Assembly: GCF_004010195.1 (NCBI RefSeq)
Contig: NC_057721.1
Coordinates: 43,967,761 to 44,031,760 of the forward strand
Direction of reading: 5' to 3'
Source of the DNA: Chiloscyllium plagiosum
Lineage: Eukaryota
Length of the DNA: 64,000 bases
The translations under genes were made by a program, and so were the position numbers. The stretch's first letter is position 1; every line of letters begins with the position of its first letter. Shown piece after piece: positions 61,901 through 64,000 of this stretch. The notes beneath the pieces are model-generated. The model had not been told where the DNA came from and did not search any database. It saw only the letters and a list, made by a program, of their open reading frames with translations.

Positions 61901-63809
61901 TATGATGGCAATTTGTGATTGAGAATTGGTTGTTGGATGATCCTAGAATAGTGAACAATTTTAGCAGTTAACAGTACAATGCAACAGCACTTAAATAGAA
62001 AATTTTGGAAAAACTCAACAGGATAAAAAAAAACAAGACTGACTGAACACAACAAAAGGAAAAAAAAAAACACCAAAATAAGATGGAGGCAAAAGTTATG
62101 ATCCCAAGTTGTTGAACTCAGTTTTGAGTCCAGAAAGCTGTTAGAGTGCCAAGTCAAAATGTAAGGCAGAGAACTGTAGATGCTGGAGAGCTGAACAAAA
62201 ACAGAGTGTATGATGACAGTAATGTTTCCAGACCTGACAATCCTATGCAATTGCAGATGATGTAGTGAGTTATGAGATCTTCAATTTATTTTGCAATCTC
62301 TGGCATCACACTGCTGACTGAGTCCAAGCTGTACACCTGAAGATGCCTTACTGTTCCTGATGTATCTTTTTATTATATCTTCCTGTAGGGAAGCTGGGAA
62401 AATTCTCCATCATATGCTAATATGTAGTTTATGACTGTGAAATGCTGCTGGTGCTCAAAATGTGTGTTCTTGGCCAACTTCCTAGACTTTTAATCTGGCC
62501 ACTAATACATTACAAAATGAATGATAGCAGACCATTGGCACTATTTTGTTCCAGTTGAATATGGTTGAAACTCTTTTTTGTGCTGGTCACCATTTCTTCT
62601 CAGCCATATGAAACATTTCCTTTTATGCCTTTATCAGTAAACCCAACAGGCTTCTTCCTTTTGGGCATAATTGCTGGGACCAACTGCTCCCTCCAAAAGC
62701 TAAAGTAAAACTCCTTGTGTCCACCAACAGACTATGTGGGACATGAGTAGAATGGTTGGAACCAACATCACATGATGGTTAACTTCTCAAGAACTATTAC
62801 CTTGTGGAATAAAATGGACAATTTAGTTGGTTTGGCCTTCTACAGCATTCAATGAGATCAGGGCTGATCTTAGTCTTCAGTTCTACTTTTTGCACCAATT
62901 CCCCTCATCCCATTATTTCACTGAAGGACCATAACTCTGTCTAGCTCAGCCTTTAATATTCTAAATAGTGCACCATTCATAACCTTAAAGTTGACAATTC
63001 CAAATATTCATAGTAGAGTGACAGAAGAATCACAGAAGTGTTATGGTGCAGAAGGAACATTCATCCCATCATGTGTGCACCAGCTCTTCCACAAGCATTA
63101 TTACTCAGTGCCATTCCTCAATCTTTTCCCTGTACCCTTGCATACTATATCTATTCAAATAGTCATCTACTACCCTCTTGAATGCCTCAGTTGAACCTGT
63201 CTCCACCATAAGTCCAGGCAGTGCATTCCAGATCCAATTCACACAAGTACAAGGTTCAGACCTTTTAAAAATATTTTGCTTTTCCATTCTTAACACCAAG
63301 GTGAACACTTCACCACATGATATTTCTCCATCTGACACCATCTTGCCTATTCACTTAATCTGTCAATATCTCTTTGCAGTCTGTCTGTGTCTTCCTCACA
63401 GCTTGCATTGTCACCTCACTTCTCAATGCAATTGTCAGTTACTTGCTGCTGTCTCAAGGGGTAGGCTGAGTTGTTGCCTCCAAACTCAGTAAGGTTTTTA
63501 AAGAAGGCAGAAATGAGATCAGTAATACATCTTATTGTATATGCAAGTGTCTTGGTGAGCTTACAAGTTGACTAGCAGTGAGATTGGTATCATCTGGTTG
63601 ATGCATAAACCCAGAAATGCTGAAAACAATTTGCTCAAAAACTTTAACAAATAGCTTTCAAAAATATTTGAACATAGTGGTAATGTCAAGCAACTAGTTC
63701 ACAGATTAATACTGCCATTTATTTAAATAATCTCCTGTTTTCAATATCTTTAAATAATTTTATTAAAAACAATGTTTTAAATTGGGCTTATCCACATAAA
63801 CGTTTTAAA

Positions 63810-64000
63810 TAGAGTCATGTAACACTGAAACAGAGCCTTCAGTCCAATCAGTCCATACCGACCACAATCCCAAACTAAACTAGTCCCACCTGCCTGCGCT
63901 TGGCCCAAACATTTCTTATTCATGTACTTATCCAAATGTCTTTTTAAGTGTTGTAACTGTACCCACATCCATCACTTTTAGAAGTTCATTGCACACACGA
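63810..64000 (-). mobile_element. CR1 3' tail (runs off the window)
   Basis: agagtcatgtaacactgaaacagagccttcagtccaa; homologous to 1020-1220. Confidence 0.85.

Overview
Vertebrate nuclear DNA, most likely from a shark. This is inferred from the repeat complement: CR1/HER1-type LINEs, V-SINE/HE1-type SINEs, a Deu-domain SINE, Rex1/Babar and Penelope-like elements. One protein-coding gene is present on the + strand: ptgfrn (EWI-F/CD9P-1; six V-type Ig domains, TM helix, short tail). Eight GT-AG coding exons lie between 23183 and 47049, all with phase-1 junctions, totalling 2582 nt (about 859 aa). The signal-peptide exon 1 is not visible. A putative ~3.3 kb 3'UTR ends near 50330. The remainder is decayed transposon sequence and a 1000-N scaffold gap (15314-16313). 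The most interesting non-genic signal is a set of Penelope-derived short elements. Most carry minimal hammerhead-ribozyme motifs, some are fold-back palindromes with 11-14 bp target-site duplications, and almost all the motifs are damaged at CpG positions. Hammerheads in Penelope elements are already known, so I found no clearly new biological system. Comparisons with human PTGFRN are from memory and need an alignment. Boundaries of old repeats are approximate.
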